A stretch of 63,728 bases of DNA, counting the filler, from Octopus bimaculoides (taxonomy: Eukaryota): NCBI RefSeq assembly GCF_001194135.2. It is 9 parts of 7 records of this genome, joined end to end, with 100 filler letters (N's around TTAATTAATTAA, not from the genome) between each part and the next. Parts side by side here need not be neighbours in the genome. Positions count along the whole stretch, not along the records: positions 1 to 26,324 come from NC_068993.1; positions 26,425 to 44,598 come from NC_068985.1; 7 more parts are not named here. The stretch is one strand, 5' to 3'. Positions 24,123 through 36,430 of the stretch are shown here, one piece after another. The notes below the pieces were generated by a model. It ran no database searches and was not told the origin of the DNA. It saw only the letters and a program-made list of their open reading frames with translations. Numbering within the stretch: the first letter of the stretch is position 1; the number at the start of each line of letters is the position of its first letter. A program made the translations under genes and the position numbers.

Positions 24123-24661
24123 GATATATTTCCACAAGCATATACATAGACAGACAGATTTGTATGCACATAAATAAAACATACATGCACCTGAATAGAC
24201 AGGTAACTATGTATATAATTTCATGAATATATGAACCATAATTTCTGGTCTCTGTTATTATCTGTACACACTCACATACGCGTCCGGACATACACTCACA
24301 TACATACACGCCCATGCTCGCACACGCACACACACATACACACACACACACATACACATACACACACATTACATCCCTGATGCACACATATTGCCCCCAC
24401 TCACCCCCACACAGACAGAGGTTTTTGCTCTCTTGCTTTCTTGCTTTTTGACCGTGCTCTTATTCTATTCTTTCTTTCTTTTTTTCTTTCTCTCCCTTCC
24501 TCCTCTCTCTCCTCTTGCCACCCCCTCTTTCTCTCTCTCTGTCTATTGACTGCAAATTTCTATCTGATGTTCGTGAGTGTTGTCTATGTTGATAGACAGC
24601 TGCAATTGTGCGTGTATATATGTGAGGATTTGTAAGAATGTGTATGTGTCTAAGAGTGCAT

Positions 24662-24747
<86 letters not shown>

Positions 24748-25774
24748 GTGTCTGTGCGTGCGGAGATATAACTTTTTCATGGAAATTTGTATGTGTAGAT
24801 AAATATGCGTATTGTTTAAGCGTGTGTACTTATATATGTGTATATATATGCATGTATGCATATATGTATGTATGTATGTGAATATGTATGTGTGTGTGTG
24901 TGTGTGCTTATGTATGTATGTATGTATGTGTTTATGTAAGTATGCATGTATATGTGTGTATGTATATATGTACGTGTGTACAATTATCTATGTATATACG
25001 TATGCATATATGTATGTGAACGGAGGTATGTATGAATATTTGTATGTATGTATGTATGTATGTATGTATGTATGTATGTGCGTATTCATATACGCATAGT
25101 GAATGTATATGTGCGCATGTGTGTATCTGTGCAGTCGGCTTGACTATCAAATAATTAACTACAATCATTGTAAATGGGAGTCTCCTATTTCCGTCTTCTG
25201 TGTAACATCATGTAAATATGGTGGACTGATTTACTCTCTTCCGGTTTTCTGCTCCCTTTTACTCTCTTTCCCTTCCCTTCCCTACTATAGAGCAACAAAA
25301 AGGGAGATATAGAGAGAGACAGAGGTGGAGAAGCCGAATGGAAGGTTGAAACAGGAGTAAAGAAAATAGAAAACAAGAGAGACGGCGAGAAAGAGAGTGA
25401 AGAGCATGTGTTGGATAAGCTAAAAGATTACGATTTCCGATTCGAAGTGGACGTTTCCTTCATTGCGATGGTGCCGAGGCTGCACGTTACTCTGCCTAGT
25501 TATGGGGGGTGTTCTTCAAAATGGAGAGAAAAGTATAAGTCCAAGTAATCCATAATGTTTTCCAGGGCTTCTGGGGATTGTAAGAAGGAGAGGAAAGTTA
25601 TCCCCAAGCCAGAGACAGTACCTGAAACCTTGCAACAGAGTGGAACATCCTTATAGGTTAGCCTAGGATCACCAGATGATTCTACCACATCAAGCGATAA
25701 ATTGTCTGCCAACTAAGAACTCAAAGTGCGAAGAAATGGAACAAAAACAACATGGCCATTCTGTCTATCTGCTG

Positions 25775-25915
25775 TCCTCGATCGGTACTTTATTTATCAA
25801 TCCTCCTCGTGGTGGTGAGATGGTGTGAATGAAAGATGAATTGGACCTCGGCAGAGTTTGAACTCAGAGCACCAGAAGCAAAGCAGCCAGGTATTTTTGT
25901 CCTCTTCTTCTACGA
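25775..25915 (-). mobile_element. SINE family B (degenerate)
   Basis: GGTACTTTATTTATC..GACCTCGGCAGAGTTTGAACTCAGAGC. Confidence 0.55.
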
Positions 25916-26104
25916 CTCACCCCAATTTGCTGCCAACAAAGCAGCGTTGGATAATGTAGTCCTGGATATAGAGCATATGAATAGACAATAGGAGCGTCAC
26001 GGTGGGAGAGTCTTTCATTATAAATGGGCCATATTTGGGTTGATCCGAGTATAAACACTATCAACGTTTAAGAATTTGTGACAATAATGGAGCCGCTACA
26101 TTGT

Positions 26105-26312
26105 CACTCATTCTGTTAGAAATAGTTGCTAAATCTCCCATAAATCACATTCTACCGTTTTAACAGATGAAGAACACATTTGACTGCATAGTTTAGAATG
26201 TGTTATAGTTAACAAAATACAGATGGGAAGGTCACAGCTGGAACACCGTCGATCGTGAGACTGCTGAAGCAGAGCTGACTCAGACCAAACAGCAATACCA
26301 ACAACAACTATC
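26105..26312 (+). mobile_element. Repeat family E
   Basis: TTAGAAATAGTTGCTAAATCTCCCATAAATCACATTCTACCG..GAGCTGACTCAGACCAAACAGCAA. Confidence 0.55.
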
Positions 26313-26324
26313 AACCCACCTCAC

Positions 26325-26424
26325 NNNNNNNNNNNNNNNNNNNNNNNNNNNNNNNNNNNNNNNNNNNNTTAATTAATTAANNNNNNNNNNNNNNNNNNNN
26401 NNNNNNNNNNNNNNNNNNNNNNNN
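26325..26424. other. Assembly linker N44-TTAATTAATTAA-N44 (first of 8)
   Basis: Identical 12-mer at 26369, 44643, 46393, 52986, 56270, 58597, 61117 and 62393, each centred in a short N gap (100 bp where counted); it has stops in all six frames. Confidence 0.9.
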
Positions 26425-26569
26425 CACATGTGCATGGATGCACACACACACACAAATATAATTAGATGGTTGTGAAATTCGAGTATGAGTATGAGTGAGG
26501 GATCAGAAGTTAAAATATAGATTTATAAGGTCATAGGGATATTGTGGAAATGTACTGTATAGTCATTTT

Positions 26570-28270
26570 GGCATTTGGATTTGTGGTAGAATTTGAAAAA
26601 TCTGTGATTACGTGTGTTTAGTGCCTCATTACGTTTATTTACCAGAGATGGAGAGTTATGTTTTAATATGTGAAGCGCCTCATTCAGGCAAAGTTTGCAG
26701 TTTGAGCGTTGACCGCGGTAGGCAAGCCCTTAGTCCTGTATGGACCATGATAGAGTATAGGATATATTTGCAAGTTTGAGATGATGCACGTGGTTGACCA
26801 GTGTCGTAGATTTACTAAGTTTACCGTATCTAAAAGAGTGTAGGTGAGCGGCATATCGTTGCTTAAAATTTGGTTGATCCTATGGATATGGCTGTAGAGT
26901 TCTGTAATAGATTAAGGACAGTGCATTTGTAAATTGCATTACATCTTCTGCAATAGGTTTGTAACGGGCAGATGGTTCCAGGGCGGCAGTTACAATTAGG
27001 TGAATTTTGGGAATTGTGTTCAGGAATGGAGGAGGTAATATTGTCAGAGGAGAGGTTAGAGAAGCGGGTAGAAAAGTCTAGATTATTAGTATTGTTAACG
27101 TTATCATTACCATCATTGCTATTATTACTATTGTTGTTATTAATTGTACTATCTGTAAGAATTGTCGAGATTGCGGTGGTGTTCCGGGTAGTGTCAGTAG
27201 GATGGGTTGGGTTGTGGTTGTGGTCTAATGTAAGGATATCTATGCTGGAGCTGTGTGTGTGTGTGTGTGTGTTGAGCGTTCGTATGAATAGAGTTGTAAT
27301 TATGTGAGTTTTGATAATAAAGAGAAAGCTTTTGCTTATTAGAGGCTGCTACAATAGATTCGAAGTTGGGTGAGGTAGAATAAGATAGTTTCAGGGTGGA
27401 TCGATTAAAGATAGAATGATATTTATGTTGTCGAGGGAAGTTAGAGTCTAGTATTTTAAAGAAAAAATTACCTAAGTTCTTAACGTTAAGTGAGAATGGG
27501 GGTGTGTACCACAGAATAGAGCATCCGTCACTTTTTTTAGGGGGTCTAGGAGTCGTGTTATCTAATTTTTTATATAAAAGAATGATATCTATATTTATGG
27601 GGAAGGTACGCGAGTGGCAAGGCCTGCTATTGTTAGCAGCTTTAGTTGTTTTCATTTTTGACCTAGTGTTAAATGAATGTGTGGGGGTCTAGGTTGCCTA
27701 GGTGTAAGATCTTCTAGGGTTCCATCGACGAGTGTGCGTTGTTGAATGCGATTGTGATGGTTGGTGCGTGTTTAGGATGTGATTTGAGATATGTATTGTT
27801 TGAGCCTGGTGTTATGTATGTATTCTATTTGTTGGGAAAATCCGCTAGCGGCGAGTTCTTGATTATAGTATGGTGCGTGATTATTGAAGATTTCTGCAAT
27901 AGAGGAGAGGTCGGATATTCGGGTCGAGATACCCTTGATTATGTTATCGAAATTGTATTTGTAATGGTTGGAGTGGATGTTAAGGTATTTAAGGTATTGG
28001 ATAATTTTATGATAAGGAGAGTATTGGGAGGCTGATAATTTTAAAGTTGCGTCAAGAAAGTTAGCAGGTTTGTGAGTGTTTTCGAATGCGATAGATAGGT
28101 TAAGTTAGAGAAGAATTTATGTAGATCCTTTCTAGTTCTTTCTAAGGAAGATTTATTTATGCGTTTAGTAACTTTTAGTAAAGCGTCGTACCTGTATAGG
28201 CCTCCCTTGAGGTTAGGGAAACGTATATGTAGCTGGTGTAGTATATTATATAAGTCAAAATGTTTTTTTT
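26570..28270 (-). mobile_element. 5'-truncated Penelope-like element (RT C-terminal half + C-terminal GIY-YIG endonuclease), decayed
   Basis: GLYRYDAL (28182-28202, mutated YRDD), ANFLDATLKL..YSPYHK..HSNH..IST-RISDLSS..APYYNQELAASGF, ILWYTPPFSLNVKNLGNFF..IFNRSTLKLSYS, CNCR..CPL..C..AIYKCTV..IGSTK-FKQRYAAHLHSF..CKLCLNE..VNKRNE. Confidence 0.92.
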
Positions 28271-28584
28271 TGTATTCTTCCTTTCTACTTGGAGAGTTTA
28301 AATGTAGTTATAAAATTATGTCCTTCTGTTGAAATGAATTTTCAGTAAATTTCTATATCTTTGTGCAGCTGAGGATTGCTTTGCATTTTACATTTGATGT
28401 AATGTTCACATTGCTTAAATAAATGGAGTCGCATGAAATGATCATACGGCATTAACTTTGAATATCCTTGTTGCTTATTTTGATTTTAATCACCTTATTT
28501 TGGAATTGTATGGATAATACCATATTTAATTCTGGTGCCTAAACTTAAGTACCATATTCACCTTGAATCTCTCTATATATATAC

Positions 28585-29000
28585 ATATAAGAAGGGGTTA
28601 CCAACTAAATGGACATCCAATATGCTAGAAAGAGGTCATCAACGACCCAACCACAAAGAAAAATAATGTTCTCCAGAAAAAAATTCAGCAAACACAGAAC
28701 CTCAGCGGGCAAGACAAATTGAAAAATATACAGAATAAAGAATTAATTGTGTACATGTTTCGCCATTAACATTTTACTTCCGTAAAAAGCGCCTGTGGAC
28801 TCTTCAGCACAATCTGTTCTCAAATCAATATAATTTGCAGAACTATACACGAATTGTCTTCATAAATTTAGACGTGCTTAAACACAGAACCTCAGCATGT
28901 AATACATTTTTTCTGAATTTTCAGATTTTTTATATGCTAAGCCACTTGGTTTTAAATTGATGTTAATCAAATTAATATTCAATTTATACCCCTCAATATA
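28585..29000 (-). mobile_element. Penelope-type terminal-repeat-like element carrying a hammerhead ribozyme
   Basis: Same family as 3853-4225; internal 17-bp direct repeat AAACACAGAACCTCAGC; contains the HHR below. Confidence 0.65.
28746..28813 (-). ncRNA. Minimal type-I hammerhead ribozyme (intact core)
   Basis: RNA AUUGUG-CUGAAGA-GUCCA...UGGC-GAAAC-AU-GUA-CACAAU: perfect 6-bp helix I, both core boxes, palindromic ACAUGU helix III, GUA cleavage triplet. Confidence 0.8.
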
Positions 29001-29084
29001 TAAATATATATAATACAATATAATATATCATACAATCATTATATTTATTTTGGTAATGCATCATAGAATCCTTGTATATATATA

Positions 29085-29373
29085 TACAAGGAAAACAAAC
29101 CTCATCCAGCTATTCTGATTATATGTCTGTGCACACGTTTGAATGTGGTGTGTGCCAGAGGGTTTGCAAATCCAATGGGGGTCTTAAAAGACATGTTAGG
29201 ATCCACAATGAGCAGAACTTACTTGCAGGTATTGGTAGTGCAAATCAGAGGTGCAATCTGTGTGGGTGTTTTTTCAAAACACTGTCTGGTTTAAAAAGCC
29301 ACATCAGACGCCATGAAAGGGCTAAGGTGTAGGTGCAGGAGGTGGTCAAACTCCGTTTAAGGAGTAGACAACC

Positions 29374-29378
<5 letters not shown>
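29085..29378 (+). mobile_element. 3' end of an RTE-like LINE encoding two C2H2 fingers
   Basis: CGVCQRVCKSNGGLKRHVRIH..CNLCGCFFKTLSGLKSHIRRH* then a short UTR into (AT)n; embedded in TA repeats, no splice context or TGEKP linkers. Confidence 0.6.
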
Positions 29379-29413
<35 letters not shown>

Positions 29414-30423
29414 GAGATGCTGCGTAATGAGATGACATCTCATTGTAGTTATATATCCTGTTAGGTATACCTGAATTTGGATTTATTCTTTCATGAACAC
29501 CAATAAAACATGGAGTCAGTTAAGTTGAAAATATGCCAATCCACAAAATATGAAATGATGTAGCAAATTCAGAAATCACGACCGTAGTACGAAATATATA
29601 ATAGAAATATGTTTTGCTTTATATGGTATACAGTGTATTGGTTGTTAATCTTGATTTTGTCATTTTGTCTGGAAATATCGCATATATATTTCCTAACCTG
29701 TACGGCTTTCTTTAGAAAACACAGGATACGCTGTGTATTAGCAGAAGTTCTAACATGACGGAATGTGAAAAATGCATTTCTGGTGAAAGGTGTCATCTAT
29801 TTANNNNNNNNNNCACACACACACATATTCTCGTAAGGTATGTTATTTATTCTTTATAACTTGTATATTACTTTAAGATTCTGATCTTTTGCTGATTCTC
29901 TAAATGTTCATAATGCAAAATTTGATCTACGAAATCTCTCATTTTAATAATGTATTCATTCATTATACAAACACATGTGGTGAATGAACTAACACACATG
30001 CAACTAATCCAGCTTTATCTAAGAATTTTCTCTCATCCAAAACTATTATCTTAAAATATTTTCTATGAAACTTTGACATCAGTGAGCAAAATTAAGCGAA
30101 GCTGCTTTTAGAATAACATGCCATTTATACAACAACCACACAATAATTCGAGAATATTCTGTCAACCAACAAATCCGACCCGTGACATTTTCGTGACGTA
30201 TCAAATTATCTTCTAAGATATCGATGACATAGTATAGTAGGTCGAACCGACATCTTCCCAGACTCTTGATGAAATAGTTCACATATTCATAGCGCTCGCT
30301 GAAAGGCGCTATACATCTATGACCATTTCATTTAACGTTCCAGGGTTCCAGATCATGTTACCCTACCTACGAATACAACTATACAAGACATAACTTTGGT
30401 ATAATTCCCGATATATCAGGGAT

Positions 30424-30552
30424 TTTTTTTTTCAGTCATTTGACTGCGGCAACCATGGAGCACCGGGTTTAGTCGAGCAAATCAACAACAGGACTTATTC
30501 TTTGTAAGCCTTGTACTTATTCTCTCGGTCTCTTTTGCCGAACCGCTATGTA
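30424..30552 (-). mobile_element. SINE family A, 3' half
   Basis: TTTCAGTCATTTGACTGCGG..GGACTTATTCTTTGTAAGCC..CTCTTTTGCCGAACCGCTA. Confidence 0.85.
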
Positions 30553-30607
30553 CACTTGCCATTAGGAATATTACTAGTATCATTATTACTATTATTATCG
30601 CTTATGG

Positions 30608-30830
30608 TGAAGGCGTCCAGCTGACTGAATCGTTAGCCCGCCGGGTGACATGCTTTGTGGTATTTCGTCTGTCTTTATGTTTTGAGTCGAAATTCTACTG
30701 AGGTCGACTTTGCTTTTCATCCCTTCGGGGTCGCTGAATTAAGTACCAGTCAATTACTAGGGTCAACGTAACTGACTTCACCCCCTCCCCACACATTCCA
30801 GGCCTTGTGCCTATAGTAGAAAGGATTATT
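30608..30830 (+). mobile_element. SINE family B, full length
   Basis: AAGGCGTCCAGCTGACTGAATCGTTAGC..GAGGTCGACTTTGCTTTTCATCCCTTCGGGGTCG..CAGGCCTTGTGCCTATAGTAGAAAGG; (TTA)-rich flanks. Confidence 0.85.
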
Positions 30831-31428
30831 ATCGTTTATGGGAAACGCACGTTTTGTTGGATCCCAAATATTTGTTAAACTGTGTAGAAAATTTGTTTAC
30901 TGTTCTGAATTTCTGTTAAACCTTTAAACAAGGATCCTTATTTACCTGTATGATGAGAGGATCTGCCAATTTGTGCAGTTGGAGGAACGAGTTTTGTAAA
31001 AAATTATTTGAATTCGTCCGTTTTGCTTTCTTCACTGTTGGAATTATGGAGTCAGTAACATCTGCCAGATTAAGTGACGCATGGTCCATTCCAGTTCTAA
31101 ATGCATTAGAGAACATTACCCTCCCTTTCCCTTCGTTCCATCATCACAGCCGCCCAAGGTGACTGTGAAGACAATTAGTTACAGGTGAATAGCAATAACG
31201 GCATCAACAGCGGTGTTAGTTATAAGACAACATTTTTAACATAGGAAAATTAAACAGATGCAACAACGGCAGCAGTTACAAGAATAAAAATCAGTGACAG
31301 CAATAATAAGAACAACAGCAATGAAAAAATTACGAACAGCAATATTGACATGACAATGTAATAGGTGGGGGTGACTTCAATGATAGAAGGGATAGAAATA
31401 TTTTGCCGTGTTGGCGGCGAAGTCAACA

Positions 31429-31482
<54 letters not shown>

Positions 31483-32613
31483 NNNNNNNNNNNNNNNNNN
31501 NNNNNNNNNNNNNNNNNNNNNNNNNNNNNNNNNNNNNNNNNNNNNNNNNNNNNNNNNNNNNNNNNNNNNNNNNNNNNNNNNNNNNNNNNNNNNNNNNNNN
31601 NNNNNNNNNNNNNNNNNNNNNNNNNNNNNNNNNNNNNNNNNNNNNNNNNNNNNNNNNNNNNNNNNNNNNNNNNNNNNNNNNNNNNNNNNNNNNNNNNNNN
31701 NNNNNNNNNNNNNNNNNNNNNNNNNTATATATATATATATGTATATATAGCCCTTGAACAAAAAGGTGCCGCATTTTACACAAGCGGCACAACTAGCAAA
31801 AGTGAAGGTTGAAAGTAAATAAGAGGAGAGTTCATGTTGCAATCCTAGCCGAGGTTTTGGCAGCAAGGGATCAGCAAACGGTGTTTCGTCGTTATCTGTT
31901 GACCACAAAGCCGGCGCCTATAAGCAGCACCACACACCCCGACTCAAATAGTGGGTGGGTGGGGCTAAAGAATATATAGACAAATTCAGAACATGTGAGT
32001 AGAGTATAGCAGTTCGCGAGAGTGGAGTTATGTGGAATCACTGACTTATTTCAAACACTTTTCCTACTTCATCAATGCTTTTATGTTACTTGAACGGCTA
32101 TGTTAATTTTCGTGCAATTTGCTTTGGATATTTTTGAACAAAGATTTTTTGAATCTCAGTATAGGGAGAGAACTTGGACGTGCAAATGCATAGAAATCTG
32201 TCAAAACGAGAAAGAGAAAAAAACTTCCGAGTGAAACTGGTCAAACCATTGTTGGCATGTCAGGACACTTAAAGCTTCATTTTCATTAACAAAACGAATT
32301 TAACCACTGCGGAAATGGAGGAAAAAAACCATTGGAATGTATGATCAATGTTTATTTTACCGTACCTGTTCCTCCAGAAAGAACATGTCCAAAATATAAC
32401 AGAACTATCTTTCTAACCTAATATAGATAGACTTATAAACGACAAACAATTATAGATGGCATTATGTATGGGATGTTACATACATATATTCAAATTATAA
32501 TATAATGATTAATCTTTACAGCTGTTTCAAAGATTCATTGACTGGTTGATGTTATGATGCATATTATGCCACCGGGCGTACATAAGATAGCGATAAAGGA
32601 ATAAATAAATGAA

Positions 32614-32644
<31 letters not shown>

Positions 32645-33341
32645 GCAAAGAGCAACAAATTATCAACTCATACCGAGCATGACCTGTGAATAACTTCATG
32701 CTGGAAGCTTCGAATACCTTTGTGGGAAGGAAAACAGAGACAGTGGAAATAATAAATAAACGGCAAAGAGCATAACTTGTAAATCAAAGGCAGATACGAG
32801 TAAAGGGAGACTAGGTACGTGAGGTCAAGATCAAAAGTATGATATTATAAAATGGAAGGAGCTCAGACTTTGTAAATTATTGCAGGATTAACAAAATGTA
32901 AACCTCTCTTCTTTGCGAGCAGAGTATCGACTTCAAATTGCATCAACGTGCATGATTTACCTCATACTTGGAGCTATAACGACAAATATTTCCCGGAAAT
33001 ATCTCAGAAATCTATTTCTTAGCAAAATCACATGCAGTTTTAGAAACAATATTTTCAGGCATATAAATTCATATAATGTTATGTGGACTAACTTTATAAA
33101 AACAGGGAGACTATAAATTAAAATAAGAACATTATGAACTTGATAAGGAATGAGAAACTTCTGCAGATCGGAGATTTATATTTCAGTTTGTCTACATAAA
33201 ATATTACTTTATTTATCTAATCTTTTGTCGTAGAGTTCTTTCATAGATTCTGCATAAAATCCATGTTAGATGTATTCACAGAAATGTTTATACTTCAAAT
33301 TCCGAGCATAGCTTAAATCTGACTTGTTGACGCACTTCCCA

Positions 33342-33372
<31 letters not shown>

Positions 33373-34057
33373 CACACACACACACACACGCACACAANNN
33401 NNNNNNNNNNNNNNNNNNNNNNNNNNNNNNNNNNNNNNNNNNNNNNNNNNNNNNNNNNNNNNNNNNNNNNNNNNNNNNNNNNNNNNNNNNNNNNNNNNNN
33501 NNNNNNNNNNNNNNNNNNNNNNNNNNNNNNNNNNNNNNNNNNNNNNNNNNNNNNNNNNNNNNNNNNNNNNNNNNNNNNNNNNNNNNNNNNNNNNNNNNNN
33601 NNNNNNNNNNNNNNNNNNNNNNNNNNNNNNNNNNNNNNNNNNNNNNNNNNNNNNNNNNNNNNNNNNNNNNNNNNNNNNNNNNNNNNNNNNNNNNNNNNNN
33701 NNNNNNNNNNNNNNNNNNNNNNNNNNNNNNNNNNNNNNNNNNNNNNNNNNNNNNNNNNNNNNNNNNNNNNNNNNNNNNNNNNNNNNNNNNNNNNNNNNNN
33801 NNNNNNNNNNNNNNNNNNNNNNNNNNNNNNNNNNNNNNNNNNNNNNNNNNNNNNNNNNNNNNNNNNNNNNNNNNNNNNNNNNNNNNNNNNNNNNNNNNNN
33901 NACAGATATGCATATAATATTCACACGCGCGCATGCTAGCGCTACAGACACACTACACCTGCTCTCAAGCATACACCAATCATATCGACTTCAAAATTGA
34001 TAAATGATATTGTTCCTTCAGTCACACGCAAACACACACACACACACAAACATACGT

Positions 34058-34106
<49 letters not shown>

Positions 34107-34194
34107 CACACACACACACACACGCACACAAACATCTATGTACACCTATGTACATTACCCATGTACACATTTATCTTCTGAAGACGAATTATAG

Positions 34195-34640
34195 ATAACG
34201 GTTTTCTAAGAATGTAACTTTGTTGTACAATCGAAAAGCAAGAATATTAAGAGTAGGTATACTGTACCGACTTACGCTAGCCGATAAAGGTTTGTTTATC
34301 TTTCGGACATGGTCCATATGATTTCTGAGTGTCCATATAAGATTTTGCGGGTCCACGCAACAAAATAGTAAATTTGAGATCCCCAATCGCATTTTAAGGG
34401 CACCTGAAAACACTTTCCTTTGGTGTATGTATTGGTATGTATTGTAAAAAATAGCTAGGTTTCTTTCTCTAACATTTTACATAGTTGAACCTCCATAAGT
34501 TAATTCAATATGTGCAAACGTAGGAAGTTTGAAAGAAGTTTCTATAAAAGTAGCTTTTAAACATCGAATGACTATGGGAGTCCGCCAGGATAAAATAGTA
34601 ATCGAAGAGGTCCACAGGTAAAAATGGTTGAGAAACCCAG
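34195..34640. mobile_element. Possible hAT-like MITE
   Basis: Right end GGTCCACAGGTAAAAATGGTTGAGAAACCC resembles hAT MITE ends; left end is poor. Confidence 0.3.
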
Positions 34641-34998
34641 GGCAATTCATGATAAAATTATAAGGGTGTAGTTGACAGGAAACTATGCAACTTATTGTCT
34701 AAATGAACGTCATTATACGTGTTTGGACACTATCTCTAGTCTCGAGAAAAAATAGAATTGTGCGATTAGCCTGTTTGAAATAGGATCGAAACGCTCTCTA
34801 AAATAAAGGTTCCATCGTGTAATAGTAATGTATTTTACATAGATTATAACTTGAAAAAATCAGAATGCTTAAATATGTAAAGGTTTTGATCACGAATCTA
34901 CTCGACCAGTAACTGACTCGGATTTATGCAACAGCAAATTAAATAGAGACAATCATGTCACTCGTTATTTTAACAGCCAAACCTCTTTCAAATTGCCA

Positions 34999-35036
<38 letters not shown>

Positions 35037-35072
35037 TGATGATGATGATGATGATGATCATGATGATGATAA

Positions 35073-35290
35073 TAAGGGTTTCATATTTTGGCACAAGGCC
35101 AACAATTTCGGGGGAGGTTTTGACTCAATAACATCAACCCCAGCGATCAATTGCTACTGATTTCATCCTCCTCGAAATCACAAAAGGCAAAGTCAAGTTC
35201 AGCGAATTTTGAACTCAGAACGTAAATACGGACGAAAAGTCGCTAAGCATTTTGTCCGGCGTGCTAAAGATCATGCAGGCTTACCGCCTT
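35073..35290 (-). mobile_element. SINE family B, full length
   Basis: GGTTTCATATTTTGGCACAAGGCCAAC..GAACTCAGAACG..GCTAAGCATTTTGTCCGGCGTGCTAA..CCGCCTTA. Confidence 0.85.
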
Positions 35291-35952
35291 AATAACTATA
35301 CTGCAGTAACCCTCGAATATTGCTGGTGTTACGTTCCAAAACTTCCCACAGGAATAATTAAAATTTAAAAAATATAAATACCTATAGGTCGAAGAATCCC
35401 ACGTTATAAATTTACATACATTAGCCAGAAAAACGTCCGGTGTACTGTGTGCGTTATAGGTGAACAACGATGTACTAAGTGCGCGATAAGTGAACTGCAA
35501 TATGGCGAGGCGAGGATACCTGTGTATTGTTACTACAATTTGAATTACAAACGTTGGCAGTATTAGAATTTGAGGTATTACATATTTCAGCGATACGTTG
35601 TTGGCGCCGTTGAACATCATACAAATCATTTTCACAGACCTTGAATAAAAAGAAATAAAGCCTTCCATCCGTAACCCAGATCGTAATTTTCCGTTATATA
35701 ATGGCGCCTTAATCAAACGAGAGTCGGTACGATGAGATTTCGTGAAGTCTCGGTTATTATTTTTAACTTATATAACGATGGCATGTCACCTGATCAAACA
35801 TATAAACTTCGTTTCGTATAAACAGAAACAAATTCATAATGATGTCTTTTAATTGCTATTAATTTATTTAAAGCTTTATTTCAATTACAGAGCTCAGTTT
35901 CATGCATTTTTACTCAGTACTTTTCTCTACATTGAAATGTTTTCATTTACTG

Positions 35953-36430
35953 TACGAGGTGGTATCAACATTTCTTGGGCTATTTCTGTAGCGCGCCCAC
36001 AGTTGGCAGCACACGGCTGCGTCTGTAACATCGTTGGTTTTGCTGTGCAAGTTTTAAAATTTGTGTTTTTGTTATCACCTCTATGCTGTAGTCAGCGACT
36101 TTTGTCATAGATAAGAAGTTGGAGCACAAAGCCAACGTGAAATTTTGTTTTAAACGTGGGAAAGAAATCTGCTACAGAGACATTGAGCATGCTTTGGAAA
36201 GCGTATGGCGAAAATGGTATGGTTCGGAAGGCGAAAAGGGTGTAGTACGGGCGCTTCAAAAGGTGCGACAGAACTACAGCTTAGTCAAGTGTATGCTCGT
36301 CATTTTCAACATCCGTGGTATTGTGCATCGAGAATTCGATTCTCAGGCACAAACCGTCAATTGAGAGATCTACTGCGAGGTTTTGAAGCGTTCGAGGGAG
36401 GACATTCGTCGAAATTGGCCGGATCTGTGA
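35953..36430 (+). mobile_element. Mariner transposon, internally deleted remnant
   Basis: TA+CGAGG TIR-like start; (M)EHKANVKFCFKRGK N-terminus joined to KVRQ..VKCMLVIFNIRGIVHREF..QTVN*EIYCEVLKR..IRRNWPDL. Confidence 0.85.
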
